Shown: positions 1 through 8,322 of the stretch, one piece after another
How positions within the stretch are numbered: the first letter of the stretch is position 1
Layout: every line of letters starts with the position of its first letter
Source of the DNA: an uncultured Candidatus Saccharibacteria bacterium
GTDB taxonomy: Bacteria > Patescibacteriota > Minisyncoccia > UBA6257 > 2-01-FULL-56-20
Assembly (NCBI GenBank): GCA_965231155.1
Contig: OZ246418.1
Location: 302,850-366,849 of the forward strand
Direction: 5' to 3'
DNA length: 64,000 nucleotides
Notes under the pieces: model-generated
Seen by the model: the letters and a program-made list of their open reading frames with translations, nothing else
Database searches by the model: none
Told to the model about the DNA's origin: nothing
Program-made: the position numbers and the translations under genes

Positions 1-1
1 A

Positions 2-2050
2 GATGAGTGGAGTAAGGTCTACTGGGATGGAATACTCTCTGGTATTCCAAGTTTTCGTGGTGATGTAGAGATACTCTCCTGGAGCACCTCCGTCCTTCCA
101 GCGCTGGCTCGAGCGATTCTCAAAACTGCCACACCAAAAAATTTAGAGGTCATCTATCGATCACTTTCCCTAGAACGGGCCCGAAGCCTCCACGCTCTTT
201 TAATAGCGAGTGTGCCGGGAAACGATCTGCTCAAAAAAAAGGTGTGGCTCCAGGAGCAGAATCTGAACCTTCTCAAGTTTTTCAACACCAATACTGCCGG
301 CCTCTCTTTCGAAGCGCCAAACGAAAACCTCCTCTCTCGCCAAGGATTCGCACGAGCCCAGGTCTTACCTGAAAACCTTCTTAGCACCCTCTTCTCTGCC
401 GAAGTAGCTGGAAAAATCAGTGAGCTTGGTGGAGACAACAAACTCACCGAAGAACAGACAAGAAACGTAGCAGTAGTTTGTGGTTCGGTTGTCTTGGGGC
501 TTACCAAAATGGCCGATCTCTTGAAAATTGTAAAAGAAAAATGTCACACGGAAGAGTCTTTAAGTGTCATTATTCAAAAATCCCTCGAAGAAAAAATACT
601 TTCCCCTCTTAAGAAAGACATTGACGCCTCAGCTCCGCCAAATCCTTTTGCGGTCGGTGAAAATACATCAGCAACAGAAGGTGGGGGGGTAAACATTAAA
701 CCAGAGGTTCTCCCTACTAGCCCACGTATTCCTGAGGAAGGAAAGAAAAATCCGATCTTCTCTCCGCTTCCCGCAACAAACTCATCAGCAATTCCTCAGA
801 CACTTACCCAAAAAGCAAGCGAGCCATTTTTCAAAAAGTGGACCGGGGAAGAAAACACGAACCAACCGAAAGAAAAAGAGCCTCCAGTTGGACCAAAGAT
901 CATTCAGGAGGAGATGCGAGCACAGTCGTTGTCTGCAGCACCCAAACTAGGTTTCCGCGTATCTAACGATAAACTGGGAGAGGTGCAGGAAAAAGCGGCA
1001 CCTCTCAGAGCCGCCGAACTCACCATGTCAAACTCTTCGGGAGAGGCAGAACCATTAGCATCTTCTTCTCCCCGTGAAACTGGCCAAAAACTAGGTACAC
1101 CCATCTCTCCACTAGGGGCAAAACTCTCTATGGGCGGAGAGGGTTTTCCTAAGACAGCGGGATCCTCTTCTGGGTTTTTAGGGAAAATTCGAAATACTCT
1201 TTCTCTAAACAACACAAAGCCTTCAGAAGTCGCTAGTCAGATCTCAGAGCTAAAAGTTCCATTGCCACCGCCAGAGGCCACTTCGCCTATTTCCAAAATG
1301 GAGACAAAACCAAATGAACCAGTAAAGATTGCAGTTGCTGTTCCAGAAAAAGAAAAAGGATTTATGCCTTCTCAAGCAATACCCCTTTCTCCTGTGGAAA
1401 AAGAACCGGCACCAGTCACCCTTGCGACTTTAGAAGTTAAAAAAGAAACTCTCCAGGAAGCTCCTCTTATCACTGCACCAAAAGAGACTCCACCGCCACC
1501 GCCCTCAAAAATATCGCCTTCACCAACGCCCTTCAAAAATCCAACAGTTTCCGAGTCAGCGCTTCAACCAAAGACTTCTTCTGTAATGCCACGAATCGAC
1601 CTCAGAAAGATGAGCGATATTACTATTGAAAAAGTTCCCGCTCCAAAACCAGAAAGACAACCAGGATTTTTTAGTCGTTTGTTTAAAAAAGAATCGGCTG
1701 GTCAGAAAATTATCGTTAGCCCAGAAATAGAGAAGAAGCCAACACTCTCGCCTACAGCTACTAATACACCGAGAGAAGTGGTGCCACAAGAACACCCTAA
1801 CGCCCCGCTGCCTCCACCGCCACCGGCGCCACTGAAGACTCCTGAACTTCCAAAATCGATTGGAGAAAGTGCGGCTCGTCCTCTTCCCGTCCAAAAAGTT
1901 TCTCCGCTCACTAGCTTCCAGAAAAAACCAGAAGGACAACCTCCTCCACAGAATCCAGCTAAAGTAGTGGAAACAGTTTCTAGCACTCCTCGAGTGGTTA
2001 ACTACAGTGAGTACCCACTGCGAGACAATCCACTAAAACAATCTAATTAG
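2..2050 (+). CDS. Large proline-rich low-complexity protein (likely surface or secreted). The reading frame is open upstream of the track start at 212 (a GTG) all the way to the window edge, so the gene is probably 5'-truncated here.
   Basis: Frame of the 212..2050 ORF has no stop back to nt 2. It contains PPPP/SPSPTP-type Pro/Ser/Thr/Lys-rich segments and has no recognizable catalytic motif. It heads a same-strand array with the T4SS-like genes. Confidence 0.45.
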   Translation, partial: DEWSKVYWDGILSGIPSFRGDVEILSWSTSVLPALARAILKTATPKNLEVIYRSLSLERARSLHALLIASVPGNDLLKKKVWLQEQNLNLLKFFNTNTAGLSFEAPNENLLSRQGFARAQVLPENLLSTLFSAEVAGKISELGGDNKLTEEQTRNVAVVCGSVVLGLTKMADLLKIVKEKCHTEESLSVIIQKSLEEKILSPLKKDIDASAPPNPFAVGENTSATEGGGVNIKPEVLPTSPRIPEEGKKNPIFSPLPATNSSAIPQTLTQKASEPFFKKWTGEENTNQPKEKEPPVGPKIIQEEMRAQSLSAAPKLGFRVSNDKLGEVQEKAAPLRAAELTMSNSSGEAEPLASSSPRETGQKLGTPISPLGAKLSMGGEGFPKTAGSSSGFLGKIRNTLSLNNTKPSEVASQISELKVPLPPPEATSPISKMETKPNEPVKIAVAVPEKEKGFMPSQAIPLSPVEKEPAPVTLATLEVKKETLQEAPLITAPKETPPPPPSKISPSPTPFKNPTVSESALQPKTSSVMPRIDLRKMSDITIEKVPAPKPERQPGFFSRLFKKESAGQKIIVSPEIEKKPTLSPTATNTPREVVPQEHPNAPLPPPPPAPLKTPELPKSIGESAARPLPVQKVSPLTSFQKKPEGQPPPQNPAKVVETVSSTPRVVNYSEYPLRDNPLKQSN

Positions 2051-2110
2051 AATCTGCTTCCGAGGCCTGTTTTTCAGATGAGAATGAGCTAGTATATATA
2101 GGAAGCTCTC

Positions 2111-2635
2111 ATGCAATTTCAAGTTCCACAGTTTATCGAGGGAGAGGATATGATCATCGGCCCACTGAGCCTTCGCCAGTTCGGCTATCTCTGTCTGGCT
2201 GGTGTATTTAGCGCCATCCTCTATCTCACTATCGATCTTATCCCCTGGATACTTTTCTCGGTCGTCCTTTTTGCGATTGCTCTCGTTATTGGTTTTGTAC
2301 AGATTCAGGGACAGAGCATGTTCCGAATTATTGGCGCGTATCTTCGTTACTTCTGGCGTCCTCAGCACTATGTCTGGCAAGCACAGAAGCAAACAGCGAG
2401 TCAAAAAGATGAAGAACTTCGACTACTTGCCCCTCAGGGTTCGCCCCTGGAAAAAGTAGTTCTTGGTCTCTTTCTTCGCCAAAGCTGGCGAGAACTCCAG
2501 ACTGGCGAGACTAATGCAGCAGGGGAGAAAACTCCTGATGAAAAGATTAAAGAAACGGCCAAACAAGAACAGTACAAGATCTTCCGTCGTTTGACCGGAG
2601 AAAGAAATGCGGCCCGAAGGATCGACTATCGTTAG
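2111..2635 (+). CDS. PrgI-family (VirB3-like) T4SS membrane protein
   Basis: N-terminus QVPQFIEGEDMIIGPLSLRQFGYLCLAG is followed by two TM helices and a YxRYFWRPQHYVW-type segment. This matches the conserved pattern of the PrgI/VirB3-analog family of Gram-positive T4SSs. It sits directly upstream of the VirB4 homolog. Confidence 0.6.
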   Translation: MQFQVPQFIEGEDMIIGPLSLRQFGYLCLAGVFSAILYLTIDLIPWILFSVVLFAIALVIGFVQIQGQSMFRIIGAYLRYFWRPQHYVWQAQKQTASQKDEELRLLAPQGSPLEKVVLGLFLRQSWRELQTGETNAAGEKTPDEKIKETAKQEQYKIFRRLTGERNAARRIDYR

Positions 2636-2695
2636 GAGTAGTTTCTCTGGGGTCTGGCGATAGAATAATTAAGGGTTAGCTATTATACTTTAGAC

Positions 2696-3454
2696 ATGCC
2701 TCTTGATGCTCCCGCAAATAGTTTAAACCTCCTGGCCATACAGGAGATTCATCATGACTGTCTCGTCCTTAAAAGTGGCGGCTTGGTTCAGGTGCTTATG
2801 GTTGGAGGTACCAACTTCTCTTTGAAGCCAGAAAGTGAGCAAAATCTTCTCACTGCCTCCTACCAGAGATTTCTTAATAGTCTTGGCTTCCCAATTCAGA
2901 TTATCGTACACTCTCGAAAAGTTAACATCCAAAAATATTTAAGCAATCTAGAGAAACGACAGAATGAGGAGGTGACGCCACTTCTCCAAAGTCAGATATC
3001 GGAGTACCGCCAGTTTGTTGAGTCTTTCGTCAAAGAGAATCCGATTATGACCAAATCTTTCTTCGTGGTCGTTCCTTATTACGGCGCTGGCATCCAAATT
3101 TCTAAAAAAACAAGCGACGAGGCGGGCAAGAAGAAAGAGAAGTCGAGTTCTCCATTCAGCTTCCTTCCTTTCTTCAAGAAAAAAGAAGTGGAGGAAAAAC
3201 CTGTAGATGAGACAGCTCCCCAGGCCGGCGCGAACGAACCAATAGCCGATCTCAGCAAAGAAGAAGAGCAGAACTTTGCCAAGAGCCTTCTCCAGATGAA
3301 ACAACGAGTCAATCACGTAGTCCAAGGACTCGAGGCCATTGGCTTGCCGGTAAAGATACTCAACGACGAACAACTGATTGAACTTCTTTATAACTTCTAC
3401 AATCCAGAAACAACTGAGAAACGAGAAATGTCACTACCCGCTCACGGCGCCTAA
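2696..3454 (+). CDS. VirB4/TrbE-like N-terminal domain, as a separate ORF or 5' fragment of a split or frameshifted virB4
   Basis: The segment LVLKSGGLVQVLMVGGTNFSLKPESEQNLLTASYQRFLNSLGFPIQIIV resembles the N-terminal domain of Gram-positive VirB4 ATPases (PrgJ/TraE type). The ORF ends 2 nt before the ATPase ORF, which is in a different frame. Confidence 0.45.
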   Translation: MPLDAPANSLNLLAIQEIHHDCLVLKSGGLVQVLMVGGTNFSLKPESEQNLLTASYQRFLNSLGFPIQIIVHSRKVNIQKYLSNLEKRQNEEVTPLLQSQISEYRQFVESFVKENPIMTKSFFVVVPYYGAGIQISKKTSDEAGKKKEKSSSPFSFLPFFKKKEVEEKPVDETAPQAGANEPIADLSKEEEQNFAKSLLQMKQRVNHVVQGLEAIGLPVKILNDEQLIELLYNFYNPETTEKREMSLPAHGA

Positions 3455-3456
3455 CT

Positions 3457-5178
3457 ATGTCTGACTATAATTTTGAACACATTAAGAAAATCATCAGCCC
3501 TTCGGGCGCTGAAGTGAGTTCTAATCATCTTAAACTTGGGAGTAAATATCTGAAGACAATGTTTATTCACTCCTACCCTCGCTATCTGGCGACCGGCTGG
3601 TTTGAAGAACTGATCAACCTCCCAAACATTTTTGATATTTCCATCTTCGTTACTCCAGTAGAAACTGGCATCGCTATAAAAAAACTAAGGAAAAAAGCCA
3701 CCCAGCTAGAAGCGGAGCTTAATGACCGGGAAGAAAAGGGATTGGTGCGTGATCCCGTGTTAGAGACCGCCCTCCAGGACGTAGACACGCTTCGAGACTC
3801 ATTACAACAATCGACAGAAAAATTCTTTCAGATTGGTGTCTATCTGACTATCTATGCCGAAAGTCTTGAGGAGCTTTCCCAACTTGAGAGTCAGATTACT
3901 GGCATGATGGAAGCAAAGCTTATCTATATGAAGCACGCTATCTTCCAACAACTTGAAGGATTCTTCTCGATACTGCCATTCGTGGATGATCAGATTAATA
4001 TCACGACGCCAATGAACTCGGCGCCAATCTCTTCCTTCTTTCCATTCGTATCTGAAGATCTCACCTCAGATACTGGCATTATGTATGGCGTGAATCGTCA
4101 CAACAACAACCTCGTTATCTTCGATCGCTTCACGTTAGAGAATGCCAACCAGGTGGTCTTCGCTAAGTCTGGTGGTGGTAAATCCTATTCGACAAAGCTG
4201 GAACTGATCCGCCAGCTAATGATGGGCGTGGAAATCATTGTTATTGATCCAGAAAACGAATACAAGAAACTGGCCGAGGCTTTCGGGGGAAGTTTCTTTA
4301 ATATCTCGCTCTCCTCCCACGAGCATATTAATCCTTTTGATATTCCGATTATTCCCCAGGGGGAGTCTCCCGAGGATGTTCTTCGATCGCACATCGTCAC
4401 GATGGCCGGCCTGATTAAGCTCATGCTCGGAGGCACCGTAACCGCCGAAGAGGATGCCATCATCGACCGAGCGGTCACTGAAACCTACGCCTCTCGAGAA
4501 ATTGTTCCGGGACGTGATTTCTCGAAAGCCGAGCCGCCTCTCTTGGGGGACATGGAAACGGTTCTTAGGAATATGGAGGGTGGTCGACCAATTGCCGAAC
4601 GACTGTATAAGTTCACTCAAGGAAGCTTTGCTGGGTTTATCAACCAACCGACAAACATTGATGTGAACAACCGCCTGATCATCTTTTCTATTCGAGACCT
4701 CGAAGAGGAACTCCGACCAATTGCCATGTATGTCGTTTTAAACTTCATCTGGAATATCGTCCGAGCAGAACTCAAGAAACGTATCATGATGATCGACGAA
4801 GCCTGGATTATGATGAAACACGAAGACAGCGCTTCGTTCTTGTTTGGTCTCGTGAAGCGGGGCAGAAAATATTATTTAGGCATCACCACCATCACACAAG
4901 ACGTCGAAGACTTCCTGCGTTCTCCCTACGGCCGGCCGATTATCACCAACTCCTCCCTCCAGCTCCTTCTGAAACAGGCGCCGGCTTCTATCGATATTGT
5001 CGGGAAAGCATTCGATCTCAATGAAACAGAAAAAAATCTCATCCTCGCTGCCGAAGTAGGTACCGGACTATTCTTTGCCGGCAAGCGTCATGTCGCCATC
5101 CAGATTATTCCTTCTTACTTTGAAGACAAAATCATCACTACCAACCCAAAGGCCCTCCTGGAGGACGAGAAAAAATAG
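3457..5178 (+). CDS. virB4: VirB4/TrbE/CagE-family T4SS ATPase (C-terminal ATPase portion)
   Basis: Walker A motif VFAKSGGGKSYSTK. Hydrophobic stretch ending in Asp (MMIDEAW) consistent with Walker B. Overall VirB4-like C-terminal domain architecture. Length 573 aa, versus ~800 aa for a full VirB4. Confidence 0.85.
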   Translation: MSDYNFEHIKKIISPSGAEVSSNHLKLGSKYLKTMFIHSYPRYLATGWFEELINLPNIFDISIFVTPVETGIAIKKLRKKATQLEAELNDREEKGLVRDPVLETALQDVDTLRDSLQQSTEKFFQIGVYLTIYAESLEELSQLESQITGMMEAKLIYMKHAIFQQLEGFFSILPFVDDQINITTPMNSAPISSFFPFVSEDLTSDTGIMYGVNRHNNNLVIFDRFTLENANQVVFAKSGGGKSYSTKLELIRQLMMGVEIIVIDPENEYKKLAEAFGGSFFNISLSSHEHINPFDIPIIPQGESPEDVLRSHIVTMAGLIKLMLGGTVTAEEDAIIDRAVTETYASREIVPGRDFSKAEPPLLGDMETVLRNMEGGRPIAERLYKFTQGSFAGFINQPTNIDVNNRLIIFSIRDLEEELRPIAMYVVLNFIWNIVRAELKKRIMMIDEAWIMMKHEDSASFLFGLVKRGRKYYLGITTITQDVEDFLRSPYGRPIITNSSLQLLLKQAPASIDIVGKAFDLNETEKNLILAAEVGTGLFFAGKRHVAIQIIPSYFEDKIITTNPKALLEDEKK

Positions 5179-5181
5179 TGT

Positions 5182-6054
5182 ATGGAACGGGTTGAAAATG
5201 TAAGTTATCAGCTTGAAATAGATCAGATTAGAAACGCAACGGAGGCAGCTGCGGAGGAGCTTCGGGAGGAAATCCGGCGCAGCCATCATCCAACCGCCTT
5301 CTTTATCGTACTCTGTGTTGCGCTTCTAAAAGACTTCGGCGAAGGAGTTCTCACTCTTTTTATAATTGGTCTGATTGCTTCTCCTATCCTTGGTTTGGCT
5401 ATTGATCTTTTTTTGCGCCACCTAATGAAAAAATATGGGTGGTTTGAAACAAAAGCAGAGGTGGTGAAAAAAATTAAGTTCGTTTTTTACGGATTGAGTT
5501 TCTTCTTTGACAACCTTCCGGCTATTGGCGCCTTACCTCTTACTACTATTACCGTATTTTATATCCACCATCAAATCAAAAACCGAGGAAAAGAAGCTGT
5601 CGAAGAATTGGCGGAGTTGGAATATAGAATGTCTCAAGAGGTTGAGCGAGTTCGTGAGCAAATCGAGGAAGAAACACGAAGAAGGTCAGTGGAAGAGACG
5701 GAATTTCCTGAGGAGACAGAGTCTGAAACCTCAAGAAAAGAGCAAGCGACCCAATCCAGCGTAGCAATGAGACACCAAGCTGAAGAAACTGGAACGGAGA
5801 AACCAACGAACTCGAGAAATCAAACAGGAGAAAATACAGAAGAAACACCTGAAGAAATATTTATTCCCCAGGAAGTTCGAGATCCTCTTGGTAAACTGAA
5901 GCGAGACTACTTTGAGACATCACCAGACCAACCTCGCGAAACTCCAGAGAAAGATTCTTCCGAAAAAACTGGGAGTACTCCTCATAAGCCAAAATCAAAA
6001 ATGGACTTAACAGTAGAAAACGAAGACCGCTTCAGAAATAATAAAGCTGCCTAA
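5182..6054 (+). CDS. Polytopic membrane protein with a Glu-rich C-terminal tail; possible T4SS channel component (VirB6-like role is my inference)
   Basis: Several hydrophobic helices (FFIVLCVALL, LFIIGLIASPILGLAIDLFL, FVFYGLSFFF) followed by an acidic low-complexity C-terminus. The start is 4 nt after the virB4 stop. Confidence 0.35.
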   Translation: MERVENVSYQLEIDQIRNATEAAAEELREEIRRSHHPTAFFIVLCVALLKDFGEGVLTLFIIGLIASPILGLAIDLFLRHLMKKYGWFETKAEVVKKIKFVFYGLSFFFDNLPAIGALPLTTITVFYIHHQIKNRGKEAVEELAELEYRMSQEVERVREQIEEETRRRSVEETEFPEETESETSRKEQATQSSVAMRHQAEETGTEKPTNSRNQTGENTEETPEEIFIPQEVRDPLGKLKRDYFETSPDQPRETPEKDSSEKTGSTPHKPKSKMDLTVENEDRFRNNKAA

Positions 6055-6056
6055 CA

Positions 6057-7118
6057 ATGTCATCCTTCTTAACAATACTCATCACTCTGACTTTTTTATC
6101 TCCGTTGGTAGTATTTGGTGCAGACTACGAACTCCCCGCTCGTACCGCCTCAGAGACACTGACGCTACTGACTGGAGCCAGTCCAGCACGGGCGGTGAGT
6201 GATCTTTATAATTTTGCCTTAGGCATAGGTGCAATTGCTGCCTTTGGGTTAATCGTCTACTCAGCCCTCCAATACACCACCACAGATAGTCCGGGGAAGA
6301 GACAGGAGGCGCAGGGGAGAATCTTCCAGTCTCTATTAGGTTTGCTTCTTCTTATTGGTGCAACCTTGGTGTTGAGGTTTATTAATCCTGATCTTCCCAA
6401 CCTCAAGAATCCTGAAGCTCCGCAGTTGGAGGCGATACAGCTGGATACCACGTCTGAATCCTACTGGGTTCTCCAGAAATGCCCGGCGCTTCTACAAGAT
6501 TGCTCAAACGACCTCTCGTACGCTTTGGCTAGTGATCGTGGAGAATACAGTTCGAGAGTTTTGTGCGCTGAAGCAGGTAGTAGTACTATTGGTGGTACTG
6601 AACCAGGCTGGTGGCGATGTGTCGAGAGAACAAGGGATACTTCGGGCCTTGGCGGTACAGCGGGACCAGGATGCGAACCTATCCCTAACCCTGGAGTAGG
6701 CTCTGTCCAGTACATAGAGGAAAAGTTAGCAGGCACGCCCTATGCTGGTTGTTTCGGAGATAAGATTGCAAAAGCTTCAGGAATCATTGGCATAGAAAGT
6801 GGCGGGCAAGAAACTATTGAGAGTCGAACTGACAAGTGCAATCCAGCGCCCCCACGCAGTGTTTCTATTGGATTGTTTCAGATTAATCTCAGCGCTCACC
6901 ACCTTGGTTCTTTGCAATGTGCAAATAAGGCTATCCGTGGACAACTCCGAACAAGTCCAAACGACTGCACTATTATTGACGAGGTCCAGTATGGGCTCTG
7001 TCTGGCCGAGGCGAAAAAAGCCACACCAAATATTATTGAAGCTTGCAAGACTTTTAGAATGAAGAATAATTCCTTTCAGCTCTGGGGACCACAAACCAAG
7101 GAGAAGTGTGGAATTTAG
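6057..7118 (+). CDS. Secreted fusion protein with three parts: signal peptide, a two-helix pilin-like module, and a Cys-rich linker leading to a lytic-transglycosylase-like (lysozyme-fold) C-terminal domain
   Basis: N-terminal hydrophobic leader. A 104-aa module (YELPARTASE...APQLEAI) is identical to the paralog at 8319. The C-terminus carries an SLT-like motif pair, IGIESGGQETIESRTD and SIGLFQINLSAHH (compare ES...GLMQ of family-1 lytic transglycosylases). Confidence 0.5.
   Translation: MSSFLTILITLTFLSPLVVFGADYELPARTASETLTLLTGASPARAVSDLYNFALGIGAIAAFGLIVYSALQYTTTDSPGKRQEAQGRIFQSLLGLLLLIGATLVLRFINPDLPNLKNPEAPQLEAIQLDTTSESYWVLQKCPALLQDCSNDLSYALASDRGEYSSRVLCAEAGSSTIGGTEPGWWRCVERTRDTSGLGGTAGPGCEPIPNPGVGSVQYIEEKLAGTPYAGCFGDKIAKASGIIGIESGGQETIESRTDKCNPAPPRSVSIGLFQINLSAHHLGSLQCANKAIRGQLRTSPNDCTIIDEVQYGLCLAEAKKATPNIIEACKTFRMKNNSFQLWGPQTKEKCGI
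6126..6437 (+). repeat. Copy 1 of a 312-bp perfect direct repeat (pilin-like module coding sequence)
   Basis: 100% identical to 8373..8684 by direct comparison of the sequence. Flanking bases differ on both sides. Confidence 0.9.
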
Positions 7119-7150
7119 CTCTTATACCATTTGCGGTATAATACAGTGGT

Positions 7151-7639
7151 ATGAGAAAACAAGTTATCACTCTTGTGGTTATCATTGCCATTTGTCTTGG
7201 TCTCCTTTTTTTCATCATCCAGTTTTCTGAAAAACCAACTAATAACGTTTCTGATGTCGACGATCTCTCTGTTTTAGGAGATCGACCGAATCAAGACGTG
7301 CCAACCGGAAAGACCTTTATAATCCCTACAGAACAAGGCGATGTGATGGTAAAAAACTTTTTCAAAACTGGCCAACCCCTCAAAGGAGAGGAACCCGGGG
7401 TTCTCATAGAAGAAACTCCCGATTACACGATACTTTTTTATACGAAACAAAAAGAGGTGCTTATCTCCCTCACATCAAAACCAGTAATAACCGCGAAACA
7501 GAAAGCCGAAGAAGCCCTTCTTCGTCTTTTGGGCACATCCCAAGAAGATGCTTGCAAACTATTCTCTTCTGTCCGCACCACCGTCTATGTCGATCCAGAC
7601 TTGGCAGGTAGAGAACTTGGGTTAAGTTTCTGTAAATAA
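7151..7639 (+). CDS. Membrane-anchored hypothetical protein (N-terminal TM helix plus ~130-aa domain); possible VirB8-like position
   Basis: N-terminal helix ITLVVIIAICLGLLFFII. In the same strand and array as the T4SS genes. No motif recognised. Confidence 0.3.
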   Translation: MRKQVITLVVIIAICLGLLFFIIQFSEKPTNNVSDVDDLSVLGDRPNQDVPTGKTFIIPTEQGDVMVKNFFKTGQPLKGEEPGVLIEETPDYTILFYTKQKEVLISLTSKPVITAKQKAEEALLRLLGTSQEDACKLFSSVRTTVYVDPDLAGRELGLSFCK

Positions 7640-7644
7640 TAACC

Positions 7645-8322
7645 ATGAAAAAACTTCTCGCTATCTTCACTCTCGTCTTAGCTCTCTCCTTCCAAAGAAC
7701 CGAAGCTGCTGCACCAACCATGTTCCTGACCTGGAGAACGAACACCTATACTCCGAAAGACTATCCCGGAAAGGCCTTGGTTACTCCCGGATCGAATGTC
7801 ATTTTTTCTATAGAAGTACTGCAAGATGGAAAAATTCTCCCTCTAAAGACCATGATGATCCGTTGGTATGTGCAAGGACATCTTTATAAGAGTGGCCTTG
7901 GTCTTCAGTCATTTAATACATCCGCCAAGGTTCTCTCTGGAAATGATCTGAAAGTACGCGTAGAGATTCCGGACCTCCCAGGAGGCCCTCTTTCTAAAAC
8001 TATGCTTCTTCGAGTAACCGATCCAAAAGTGGTTATCGAAGCACCCTTCCCTGGTCTTATAACTCCAATCAAAGATTTCTTCGTCAAAGCAACACCCTAC
8101 TTTTTTTCCGTCCCTTCTGAAAAAAATCTGTCCTATCGCTGGACGGTCAATGGTAATGTCTTGCCCGAAGGATCGGATCCCCAACTAGTTTCTATAACCG
8201 CCAAGAATCTTCGTCAGTCAACCATTCGAACGCTTTCTTTCCAGATATCAGTAAAGAATCCTAATGAGGACTTCGACCAAACCGATGCCATTAAAACAAT
8301 AACCATTAAGGACACGCCATGA
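7645..8322 (+). CDS. Secreted hypothetical protein
   Basis: Signal peptide MKKLLAIFTLVLALSFQRTEAAAP. Its stop overlaps the start of the next gene (ATGA), suggesting translational coupling. Confidence 0.35.
   Translation: MKKLLAIFTLVLALSFQRTEAAAPTMFLTWRTNTYTPKDYPGKALVTPGSNVIFSIEVLQDGKILPLKTMMIRWYVQGHLYKSGLGLQSFNTSAKVLSGNDLKVRVEIPDLPGGPLSKTMLLRVTDPKVVIEAPFPGLITPIKDFFVKATPYFFSVPSEKNLSYRWTVNGNVLPEGSDPQLVSITAKNLRQSTIRTLSFQISVKNPNEDFDQTDAIKTITIKDTP

Noticed and set aside
154-507. Minus-strand ORFs 154..507 and 365..547 overlapping the proline-rich gene
   Set aside because: They are antisense to a long open plus-strand frame that continues to the window edge, and they have no recognisable motif. 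They are likely shadow ORFs.
212-2050. Possible tandem-repeat or CRISPR-like structure in the proline-rich region
   Set aside because: The Pro-rich segments are compositionally biased but not exact direct repeats. No regularly spaced identical repeats were seen anywhere in the window, so I make no CRISPR call.
2202-2459. ORF 2202..2459 (+) and several 60-140 aa ORFs antisense to virB4, gyrA, pnp and others
   Set aside because: These overlap well-supported genes in alternative frames or on the opposite strand and lack motifs. They are typical six-frame noise.
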